The notes under the pieces: generated by a model | The model's input: only the letters and a program-made list of their open reading frames with translations | Databases searched by the model: none | Told to the model about the DNA's origin: nothing | From: Raillietiella orientalis | Lineage: Eukaryota | DNA: 64,000 nt | Assembly (NCBI GenBank): GCA_036172245.1 | Contig: JAYWIR010000013.1 | Span: 1,612,001-1,676,000 of the forward strand | Direction of reading: 5' to 3' | Shown: positions 52,671-64,000 of the stretch, one piece after another | Layout of the letters: each line of letters opens with the position of its first letter | Position numbering within the stretch: position 1 is the stretch's first letter | Position numbers and translations under genes: made by a program

Positions 52671-54466
52671 GATCCCTTTCCCTTCTGTCATTAATCATGC
52701 ATATTATTGATTTGTAATATACATGATCATCATTGTTTCCTAACTTTTGTGCATCCACGCCCACCTAAGCAGAACTGCTTGGACGATTCCCCTGCCCACA
52801 TCTTTAACGGCAAGCTTGTTTCTTGGTCTCAGAGAAAAATGTGTGCGTTTGACTTTGAGGCCTCACTGCGTCCACTTTCGAGTTCGTATAAGAAACCCCT
52901 TTCCCCAATAGGGGAGGGCTAAGCATACTTGAGCTTGCGAGGGCCCACTTCACATGCAGCAGGTCAATAAGGAGGTATTGGGAGCAGCAGCATTCGTGAC
53001 CCATCCCTGAGGAATCAAGTGGACTCCAACCACCTACACGCCAAATACAAAAAGAAACGACATCTCCGGAGTGCGGTGTGCACGACCAAGCCAGAAAAGG
53101 AAGATTCGGAAGGTTACCTTAACCGGTAGGTATGTAGTCGGGAGCTCTCATCCGTGAGCATCATTCATCGTCCAGTTTGTCATCCTGGTTAATTCTAGTG
53201 TTTTTACGAATGCAAAAAAAACGCGTAAGAAAAGTATGATGATGCAAACTTTCGCATGAACTTGTCTTCATAACTCATCAGTATGCAAACAAACCGAGAA
53301 TGCATCAAATTTCTTAAAAGATTAAGAAAACGTATTCAAGTATGAGGTTAGTATTTCAACCTGCTGGTCCATTCAGGAAAATAAGTGTCAATTGCGTGAT
53401 GAATGCATATGCGCAAGTTGTGCAACACTTAACATCCATGTGTAACATTTAAGCTTGCTTATTCATAACCAAAGCCAGCCCACATATGTTTTCATCCCAG
53501 TATAAAAACAATCTAAGTTTGTACAGATGTTAAATCTTTAAAAATTCGACAAAACCAGAATTATTTACGACTGTTTACAGAAAAAAAGAAAGTAGCACGA
53601 AAATGGTTACATGTGTGTTTCTTCTAGCCTTTGTAAGTACTTGGTAGTAGTAGTTCCCAGTTTCAGAAACAAAAAATTGCTATTGCAAAGGCAGAGCTCA
53701 AATGGAAATTTAGGCACGGGTAAATGTAACTTTTCAGAAACAAAAAGAAACATTTAATGGATTTATCACCAATTTAAAGTACTGAGGTAAATGCAGCTGC
53801 ATGCACTAGGGTAGGATAGAGTTCATGGGATACAATCGAGTTTGGAAACTTGTTTCTACCACAAAGGATCTGTGTTTTAAACATCTGTCTGATAATTTAC
53901 AAATTTCGGCAAATGAATAAGTGAACATCAACATAATACAATGGAAATTAACTTAAAAAGGAAGTGAATTTACTACACATTAAGAATCTTTGTAGTCACC
54001 TTGTTCAGTTGTAAAACAAAATTGCATAGTTCAACTGCTCCTTAACAAATACTAAGTGAACATGTGATTACACCTGATGGGATCAACACATTAAGGAAGC
54101 ATTCTATTGTAAATCTTCGAGACACTTTGAAACAAAGCAAAAAGTTAACTCATCTGTCTTCCTAAATTTTATTATCTTGATGAACACTATGAATTATGAA
54201 TTGACATTGTAAATTGATGACATTACTCATGATGTGAAGTTTTGGTAAACAGAACCAATTATTTCCATGCAAAAGCATGCTTGCAATTTTTCAGTGTATT
54301 TTTTAATAGAAACCACTTCCTCACAGAATTTACACCACTACTCGAAAATTCACCTTGCACACTCAAGCTTCAATTGGAAACTTTTAATATAATTGAATTT
54401 AAATATAAAGACTTAGGTTATTTCACTGAATACTTAGGAATGCAATCCCAGAAAAAAAAATTCTGA

Positions 54467-55073
54467 TTATCTTCTTCCTTTACCTTTTGCCTGGCCATGT
54501 TTTGAGCCACGAGTACCACCGAAACCTGATCAACAGTGAAATTTTACATTTGAATCAAGAATTATGATGTCCACGCAAATATACCTCTTCCTCTTTGTCC
54601 TACGTTTCGTCCTTTACCTTCGTTTCTTACTCTACCTTTTGCAATTACTTCATCTTTCACCATATCAATGACTTCATCAGGGATACGTAAATATTTAATG
54701 GTACTACCACGAATATAACATTCTGGCATTCTCCAAAATTTATCACCTTCCTGATGAATTGCAAAAGGATTGCATACTGGAGACAAAAAATGGCTTACCC
54801 GTGATGTACATATTACTTCCCTTAAATTTATGTTCATCCAATTATCGCAGCTTACAAGATGACCATTATACGTTTCACCATTTTTGAGTTCAACTAGCTG
54901 TTTGGTACTTATTAGTCGGTATTATTAATGCACTCTTACCATAGGATGGTTTTGGGCTGTTCGAAGCAGGGACAATGGTAACTAAAAAAAAAGAAAACGC
55001 ATGTGTAATTACAACAACACGGGGAAAACCACTCTATCATCATGTATTTAAATTTCATCTTAAATCTTACCAT
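54467..55073 (-). CDS. LSM4: U6 snRNA-associated Sm-like protein LSm4
   Basis: Exons 55071-55073 (ATG), 54940-54981 ([14 protein letters not shown]), 54799-54897 ([33 protein letters not shown]), 54585-54750 ([26 protein letters not shown]), 54467-54525 (RG-rich tail). Confidence 0.97.
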
Positions 55074-57596
55074 TTTTGGCACGGCCCAATGGCGGAATTG
55101 CAAACCATACAATCAGGACAGTGCTGAAAGAATTAGTTTATTTCTTAAAAACATTCGCGCAAGGCAAATTTTAATAATTAAGATGGCACCAAACGCACTA
55201 CGACAAATATAAAGTAACCAATCTCAACTACCCATAATTTTTTGAATTTTAACGTACAAAAATCGGCAACTGCAACGGGAAAAATGATAGTCCACAGGGG
55301 TTTTCAACCGCTATGTTTACGATGCGAAATAAATTAAGGGAAGTTCATTAGCTTAGTAAACTTTACATTACGGAAAAACTGACATATAAAAATTCGAAAG
55401 CTTCAACATTGGCATCTCACATTGTACTTTCCATTAAACAAGTCCTGTGTAACGTTTAGAAATGCAACAAAAGCCACTATACACCTTGCCGAATGGTCAC
55501 AAAGCAAAAGAATAATACATAATACATACTTAATTCCATGCTATGCATCGAAAGAAAACAAAATTTCATGTGAAATAACCCTTTATATTGCAATAAAAAT
55601 AAAAATATGTATATGGATGTGAATGCGATTCTTAAACTTTAGTATGCTGAGAAAAGGAAAGTATTTGCGTTCAGTTCTCAACTGCTTCCATTCAAATATT
55701 TTACTCTGAATTGCATAAATTTACACTCAGTAACGTCACTCTGAACAATATTCATTTGGATAATTATCCAAGATTGAGCTTGATTTGATTCTGAGATTAT
55801 TTTCTTTTAATGCCTATTCCCACAATAATTTTTAACCATTCCTTCCCAAGCGATTGTAATACTTTGAATGAGCTAGGCATCTCACATATGATGTTCGGAG
55901 TTTAAAATTAGTTATGTTTCTATGAGAGAAAAAAAAATGGTTTACAATAAGCAAAACAGATGAAGCATTTGAAATTAAGTTAGACTTTAGGGAGACAAAC
56001 TGAATAAGTGTTTAGCAGACAGCATTAGTGGTCAATTATAGTCATGGTTGTATTTACTTTAGAACCAATCTCTTAGATTGTGTTTTTTAGCAGCAATCCG
56101 TGATTAATGGGATTAATAATCGTTGAGAAAGATTAATGACCATTATGAGATAAATGATCTTTATATTTTAATCATATGAGACTATCATAAGATCTTGCAT
56201 ATTTAAAATCAGTTAGTGAGTTTAAATTCATATTCAATTTTTTGAATATTCAAAGTTGCATATCGAGAAAAGATGAAGCTTTATTCGTGGAAGCCTCACT
56301 GTTATGTCTGATGACAGAAATTCCCACAATCGAACTTATATTAGAAGAAGAAATAATTTTAACACAATAAATCCAGTGTATGTGTCTTTGAAAATAAATC
56401 AAACCTTGTCAAATATTTCTCCGTAGTTTCATTATTGATCTTTGAAGTGTTTATTGTGATCATGCATTAGTCAATCCCAAGACTGAAATCATTAACATAT
56501 AATAGTCATACCTTCAGTATCCTGCTCAGTATTACTATACGATCTATTTGTTTTCGTGTTGATAGAATTTTATCAATGCGGACAACAAATTCAGTCTCCA
56601 ATTCTCTGAAAACTTGGTCCTGAATATCTTTTGCAATATTTCTTGAATATCATACGCGATTCTGTGAAGTTTTTTGAAGCTCAAGCTCCCTTCAAGTGTA
56701 TTCGCAATTTTCTGTTTGAAAACACCAATCCTGAATCTCACTTGAGAAAAGAAGTGCAGAATAACTTTGAACAAGGAGACGTAGATGAAGATTGAGTTGA
56801 TTTTTTCGTTTGATAAGTCAAGACTTGACGGTGAACATCTCTAGATGCATAGGGTTTTCAAGACAGCATTCATCAATCGTGCATGATCACATTATGGCTT
56901 TGTTTTGTGAACATATATTCCAATTTTACAAATTCTGAGCTACTACAAAACATCCCGTTTCATTGATAAGGATACATTATTACAATAATTTTTAATGAAA
57001 TCGAAGATCGTTCTCCAGATTCTTAAATTAAATTTTTAATCAATTCTTAAAAGCAAAGTTTCATGGTTTTGGTTGAATTAGAGAGACCTATTCCTTATTT
57101 ATTTTCATTTACAAAAGCACGGGCAATGCATATCCCATGTGGTATTTAGGCAACTGTTTTATCTCATTTTCTCAAGGACTTCTGATCTTCACGATTAGGG
57201 GACAACAGAAGATCGAGGATCTTTTGTTACGCGTGTTGTGAATTAAACTTTTCTATGCTTCATTGCATACTTTATTATTTGTGTCACCATCATTTATGTT
57301 TACACAGTTTCGCTACTAGACTTTATTGAAGACTCAATCACTGAGAACCGTTGAAATGATTAACAGTTAAAGAGCGAATTTTAGTCCAATTTGAAACTTA
57401 GAAATAAAACATACACAAAAACATTTCAAATATTTTGATAAGTATGTTAATTGTTTTTGCAAATCTCTATTGTTTTCACCTTAAGTTATGGTATAGATCA
57501 GTTATAGATAAATAATGATTTGTTATTCCGAGTCGTCCTTCAAATTATCGAGAATTGTGTTACAGTTTTTTTATATCACAGCTCAAAAACAAATTA

Positions 57597-57667
57597 ACCT
57601 CTAAACTTCCAAGTAAATGAACCTAAAACTAAGAGTTCTAGCTTCATTTACTTGGAAGTCTAGAGGT
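57597..57667 (-). other. 71-nt near-perfect hairpin between LSM4 and WASHC4
   Basis: 34-nt arms (57597-57630 and 57634-57667), 31/34 Watson-Crick pairs, 3-nt loop. Confidence 0.8.
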
Positions 57668-58567
57668 CTTAGCGGTGCAAAGGTATTAAGATCAGTTTGA
57701 ACTTCCATAAGGTAGTAACCAAACAGGTTTTTTAGTTTTCATCCAGTACCTCATGGAAACTAAATCATATTAGTTTGGTGGATGACCTTCACATTCGTAA
57801 AGCCAATTGAAGAACAATTTGAGCGATGTGAAAAAGTACAGCTAAGCAATAAAACGATTAAACACACCAGATGGTTTTGAATGAAATCATAAGCTAAATC
57901 GATTGTAATCGATATAAGTCTCGAGAGTGAGAATAATTTATAAATCCATTAAAAGAGCATTTTAGTACAGACAGCAACAATAAAATGGTGAGAAGACTAA
58001 CCTAATAAAGAGATGAAAAGGAAGAATTCATTGAGATTCTTCTACCATTTGGTGTATGAAATGTTGATAAACATAGCGTGTTCGATTGAGCAAATCATGA
58101 ATATAAATGCTGTGATGCAAAGATATGAAAATAGCTCAGTATAATTAAATATTCTTATGTTTATGGTCAAATTCTGTAAATTTGTCAAACAAATGAATAG
58201 TATGAACTTAATGTGGGATGTATTTCCTAAAATCCAATAGAGAAATTCTTGGACGTTAATAAAAAATGTTTACGCTACTAAACATTGAATGAAGGTTGGT
58301 AATCTCTTGACGAAATTGCAGAATCTGGATGGATGTAAATAGATCATCATGAATGGCAAAAAAGGAAAAAGAAAAAAAAAAAAAAAGCAATACCAATGGA
58401 ATCCTATTAAGTGATAGGACCACTCATGTTCCACATGCTCAATTTATAATGGAGAGTGAACCTTAATATTCATTTCTTTGGAACTCAAATACTTTGGTTA
58501 CGGAACTTCGAAAAACGTCATTGCAAGATTTGTATTGTAATACCCTAATGTAGCATGTGAGAATTGT

Positions 58568-61500
58568 ATGATGCTTACATTAGGAAACTATTTTGAAGAA
58601 AAAGTAGATCAGTATGCAAGCTTTGTTCGGAATTGTGTATACAAATTAGGTCAGAAAGAAAAAGAAGTTAATGACTGGCTTGAAGCAAATATAGGCCATG
58701 GATATGGACCTATTAGTATTGAGGTATGAGCTAGCTAGAAAGTGTTTCAAAAATCCTCATTCTTTAAGAAAAAGAACACATCGTAAAGTTTGTGTTGGCA
58801 TTATTAGGGATTGTTTTCATTTTTTTAGATCAGGAAAACAGACACTTGCAATGTTTTGTTCCCAAGAGAAATGAAACATGACATTTTTAATGTCCTGTTT
58901 TCTATATGTATTGAGATCGAAAAATTTAGCGAAGAAGCGAAGAACAGCATCTATGTAAATTTGTCACTCTATGGAAAAAAAGGTATTTCCGTGATTTTGT
59001 TCTTTCTAAAGGAAACTAAGCTTTCTAGAAACCATATACTCTCCAATAGAACAAAATGCAGCCATGTCTATTGCCCAGATTCTGCCGTTCTTACAGTTTG
59101 TCATGTGTTTCATCAAAAGATGCAAGGAATTAATCAGAAATACAATCAATTATTTATCAGTATTCTATACCGATCAAAATTATTTGATGAAAGAATATCC
59201 CGAAATTCATGGTATTCCTTTCCAGGTAATGGTTGGGAGACTGTATTTTGCAAATGCTGTAGTCTAGGGTAGAGGTTATGAATATGTATTTCTTACTTAT
59301 TAAACCGTTAAAAGTTCAAGAGCATTCAACTGAGTTTTTAATTTTAAATAGGTTTTGATCATCTCAGTGATAGAGTTCAATATTGTATTGAAAATAGTTT
59401 TTGGAGTTTGTATTTGGTTGATGCTTTTTTATTCAGAAAGTTTGTAATAGAAAGGGCGCAACCATTTTTCATCCACATGATATTGGTCATTTTCTGATTC
59501 ACTAGTAGTTGTCTCTTTTGATTCATCATTCTTATGGTTACTGAAGGCTTATTATCAGTTTTCAAACATGATTTTCAGTTAGACTGACTTAAAAATCAGT
59601 CACTCATGATGAGTGTAGACTTCTATTATGGGGACTCTAGGAATTTTCTGTATTTGGTTTTAGATATATGGAAAGTTTTTTGTTTCATGCACATCACACA
59701 TTTCATATTTTCAAAACAATAATAACTGAAAATATGTAAAGCATCTATGTGTGTACTATCACATACTTTTATACTTTGGAAGTTTCTTGTGAATCTGAAA
59801 GGCATCTATCCAGGATTATAGCAGAAACATTGTAGGCAAAAGAATTGAAGAATCCAATTTTGTTTTCATTTTTTCATTTTGTAAGGCTGTAGTTTTATCA
59901 GGGTATGCCAAATCACAAGTTTATCTTTTGACATAGCACATACTGTATAGAAATGCATAGCTGTTATTGGGACTACTATCAATTGGTTGATTTGAGGCAA
60001 TTCTATGTGTTGAAATTTGTATATAGTTTTTGTTTTTGTTTCAGATACTTTCTAGGCAGTTTATGCAAATTGGTTGTACCATTTTTGTTTTTTTTTCGTT
60101 TTGAGTAAGTTGGACTCTAGAAATTAGAAATAAAATAAGCAATAAAGTTTTGATTTCATGCTGTTCATTTATATGATCCACATCTATAGGCATAAGAGTA
60201 TAATTATGAGGATTGCATTGGTTAGAGTTTTCAAACTCACTTAAATCGAATTTCTCATGAGAAAGCAGGATTTCAGGATTTTTTATATCTAGATGTTTTT
60301 ATTACAGTCATCATTATCCTACTTGTAACTTTGAGGTCCACAAACTCAAAATTGTAACATGTTAAACTGTGTTTCATAATGAAACTGGTAATGAAATGCA
60401 ATGTATTGACAATCATATAAGATTTCTGTATGTCATCTTGCCTTAAGGTGGTGTATGAGAAAATTGGTGAAATCTTGTGGATTTCAATTGTTATTGATGA
60501 ACTCATCAGGAACAATACAACATTAAAAAAAGATTGGTCTGCGTATTTGATGTTGGCTAGATCTGTAAACACTGAGGGGATAAATTGGAATTTGTCTCCA
60601 GATAAGTTTGAAGAATTTCTTGCTGTCCTGCAGAGTATCAATGAACATGTGTTTGTCAACAGTATATTCCAGGTACATTCTAATTATTTGCAGTTGTGCA
60701 GCATACTGTTTTTTAAATGCAGGATTTTATACATCAAAAATGGAATTTAGAGATCATACATAATGTGATATTGAGGGAAGAAATTAGAAAGAGTCTTCAC
60801 AGTTCCTTGTGTTCAATGCAGCAGATAGGCAAAGAAGTCTCTGGTGATTTGCCCCAACTCTTAGTCAGTGTTTGTGGCCTCTTCATTCTACATATTGCAA
60901 TCTTTCAAACAATAGATAAAAAATTTTTAAAGAAAATTGCTGAATTATCTAGAAAAGTAAGTGTATTTTCTGGGCAAATGCTAGATGTCCATATCACAGT
61001 TTCCAGCTATTCCTTTGTATGGACCAGCTATATTGAATACCCTGAAATTTTTGAATGATCATTTTCCATCTCACTCAGACAGAAGATACATTTTAGGTGG
61101 ATCATCAGAGCTGCACTCAGACTTATTACAAAAAAAGGTGCAGGAAATTCATCATAATGTGCATATCAGCTCAATAGAGGTAAGTACTCCTAGATTATGA
61201 ACATGATGTCTCATATGTGATCAGGTATCAGCATGGGTAGTCAAATTCGAAATAGCAATGAAAGAAAAAAAGATGGAAGCTGTAGACATAAACAACACAT
61301 ACATGCTTCTTATGCAGGTAAAATTCAGTTGCATATGAGTTGTGCTGTTTGAGTCACAAATCTACCAGGGACTTTTCTTAGCTAATAGAATCCAAAATGA
61401 CATTCAGTTAGTTCTCAGTCTACATCTTGTAATGAATAAGCCTATGATGAAAACTACTAGTTTGTGCATTTGTTCGTTTGTGGAAAGCTTGCAAAGCATT

Positions 61501-63808
61501 CGATTGGCATACTGCAAACAAAATGCTGCTTTTGTACATGTTTTAAATTTCTTCTTGAAGTATGCAGCGAGGGAGTGTCTGTGCTATATCAGTAAGATGC
61601 AAGTAAGTTATAATAATTCATGAAGTTATATGCTTTGTTGCAAATTCTGCAGAAGCAAATCGATATCAAATCTACAGAAAGCACAAAAAGAATCCATGCA
61701 ATCATAAGCTTGATAGGAAAGTTGTTGGCTGCATGCCCAAGCAAAGCAAATTCTATTCTGATCTCCTTGTTCCTCCCTTTTGTTCATAAAACTAAGTGTT
61801 TAAGTGAAGAAGAATCCAAAGATTTCAAGAAACTTGTTGCTTTCTGGATGAATGTCAGTCAAATACAATCCAGAGTTCAAGAAGCATGTGATTGTTCTCT
61901 TTTGTATTGGCATCCTATTCTCTTATCTGTGTACTTGGAAGATTTTGTGGAGTCTGCAAATAGGAATAAGAGAATCCTGGTGAGTAAGCTATTTAATTGG
62001 ATAATTTCCTCATAAGCATTAGCTTTTCTTGGATGCATTGGATGATTGTTCTAATGTAGCTGCTGCATCTGCTCATTTTCGGTCCATTAGTTTGCGTGAA
62101 TCTTTCACTCAGTATATTCACACGTTCTTTAAACAAAAGGTAGCTGTGTAGAATTGTGGCCCTCCTTGATTGTTTGCCAGGTCGTAGATCCCATTTGTAC
62201 CCAGTTAGAGACCAGAGTTAGATTGATGGGACATCCACATTCGAAAATAGATAGCCAACTAGTGGGTTATAAATGCATCCTTAATATATCTCCTGTTCAG
62301 TTGCTGGCATTTATTGTTAACATAAGAGGTCTGTGGGATGTTGCCTATGTGACTTTTCATGTGTGATGACATAAATAGGTCATTTGGAGTTCCACTTGAA
62401 CAAAGTTTTTTACAACCTAACCACAACCTCATTACATGATTGGGATGTGTATGTGCGCATGAGACTGTTGGCGTGGCATCATCTTAAATTGGACATCCTT
62501 GAGGCTAGCATACCAGTAGAAGCAATGCATCCAAGCCCAGACATATTGAGCATCATGCCAAACATTAACAAATTCGTATCACAGCATAATTACAATCTTA
62601 GTACACAAATGCTAGTAGACAAATGCTCTTCCACTCGATATATGCGTGTAATTACTGTCCCTAACTTGTCATATTCCATTACAATGCATGGTGATGGCAT
62701 CATCAACACAATGGTTAGTAAAGATATTATATATCCTTATTCTGCTTGTATTCCAGGTGAATTTTGTTTACCAATTCCTTAGAGGCCAATTTCGTATTTT
62801 TTCCCAGTTTCTTTATGATGATCATGTTAAATCTCGGTTGCTTAAAGACATAAGTTATTTTCGGGAGTGTCAAGAATCTGGTGTTAATTATTTTCCTTAT
62901 GAACGAGCAGCCACTTTCAACAAAGAAATTCGTAAATTCGGATTGACACCAGATGGCCTCAATTTTTTGGATCAGTTTCGCTTTTTGATCACACATATAG
63001 GGAATGCAATGGGTTTTGTGCGAATGATCAGATCTGGGAATCTGTATTGCTCTTCAAATGCAGCCAGATTTGCATTTGCATTAAAACAAGTTCCCATGTT
63101 TCAAATGCTTTGTACAGATTCATCCTATACTAGCTGTGTTCAGTCAGCTGCAGCTTTGGATCACGTCATTGAAGAAACATGTGATAATTCATCAAAAACT
63201 GTGGAGTTTTTCAGAGTAAGTGTGCTGCTGTTTATACCACCATTGCTATAACAGTATATAGTTATTAGTGAATGTTTTCACTCCTGGCTTTAGTGATTCA
63301 AAAAATATGCACTTGCGTACTTTTTTTTCTATCATTCCATCTCTCACAATCAATTTTGTGGAACATGTGATTAATGCTAAGGAACTTCTGAATAAGAAGA
63401 AGAACATTCAGACTGCATTTTCTGATGATGGTTTTGCTATGGGTTAGTATACTACAATATTCTCTATGGCATGAAACTAGGTGCATTGGGTAGGTGTGGC
63501 ATACATATTAGAACTATTGAATCAGTATCATGAATTTGATTCATTACACTGGTTTCAAGAGGTGCAACGATACTATGCAAAGCAGATAAAAGATGTGCAG
63601 CAACAGCATGAGTATCTCAACATGAAAAAGAACAGTGATTCAAAACTCCAGCAGACTCTTGTTTTAACTTCTAAACGGTTGAAACAATATGAAAAGGTAA
63701 GGTCTTTTTCTCCATATGCTATAACATATGTAATCTGTTCAGGAATTCCTCTTTCTGAGTTACTGCCTGAGTAGTGCACGAATATTTTTCAGAAATAATG
63801 TTGAATAG
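58568..63808 (+). CDS. WASHC4: WASH complex subunit 4 (SWIP/KIAA1033), 16 exons; true start codon uncertain
   Basis: Exons 58568-58723, 58829-58982, 59029-59225, 60448-60672, 60723-60956, 61000-61179, 61225-61317, 61369-61602, 61653-61979, 62023-62139, 62181-62328, 62379-62713, 62757-63215, 63262-63442, 63494-63696, 63743-63808. Motifs [51 protein letters not shown]...[15 protein letters not shown]. Confidence 0.95.
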
Positions 63809-64000
63809 AAGATCAGAGCATTGTTTTTTAGCTCTTAAGAACTTATTGTGACTTTGGCATCAATACACTCGCCAATATGATTGTCTTAAAAGTTCCCCCA
63901 AAACTTCGAGTTTTCACGTTGTTATGTTTGCAGTTTAGCTTCCTTATATCCAGGTATCAGAACTTGAGAACTGCCAACAAGGAAGCAGTGTTTCATAAGA

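Overview
Eukaryotic (invertebrate, arthropod-like) genomic window. Two AT-rich gene blocks flank a visibly GC-richer island (~24-53 kb) of decayed transposable elements. Left block: MUS81 (- strand, runs off the window edge), DNAJC21 (+), an ApoD-like lipocalin (+) and a Na+/K+-ATPase beta subunit (+). Right block: LSM4 (-) and WASHC4 (+), arranged divergently. I assembled all gene models by hand. They use canonical GT-AG introns, most only 41-53 nt long. The island contains many frameshifted non-LTR retrotransposon remnants of two kinds: RLE-type NeSL/Utopia-like and APE-type L1/Tx1-like. It also holds a divergent histone H2B with an open reading frame, DNA-transposon ends and small repeats. 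The most notable feature is a same-strand stack of about five NeSL/Utopia-like fragments (45.8-52.7 kb) with a 28-nt U2 snRNA 5' fragment at one junction. TE family calls rest on degenerate motifs read by eye, and TE boundaries are approximate.
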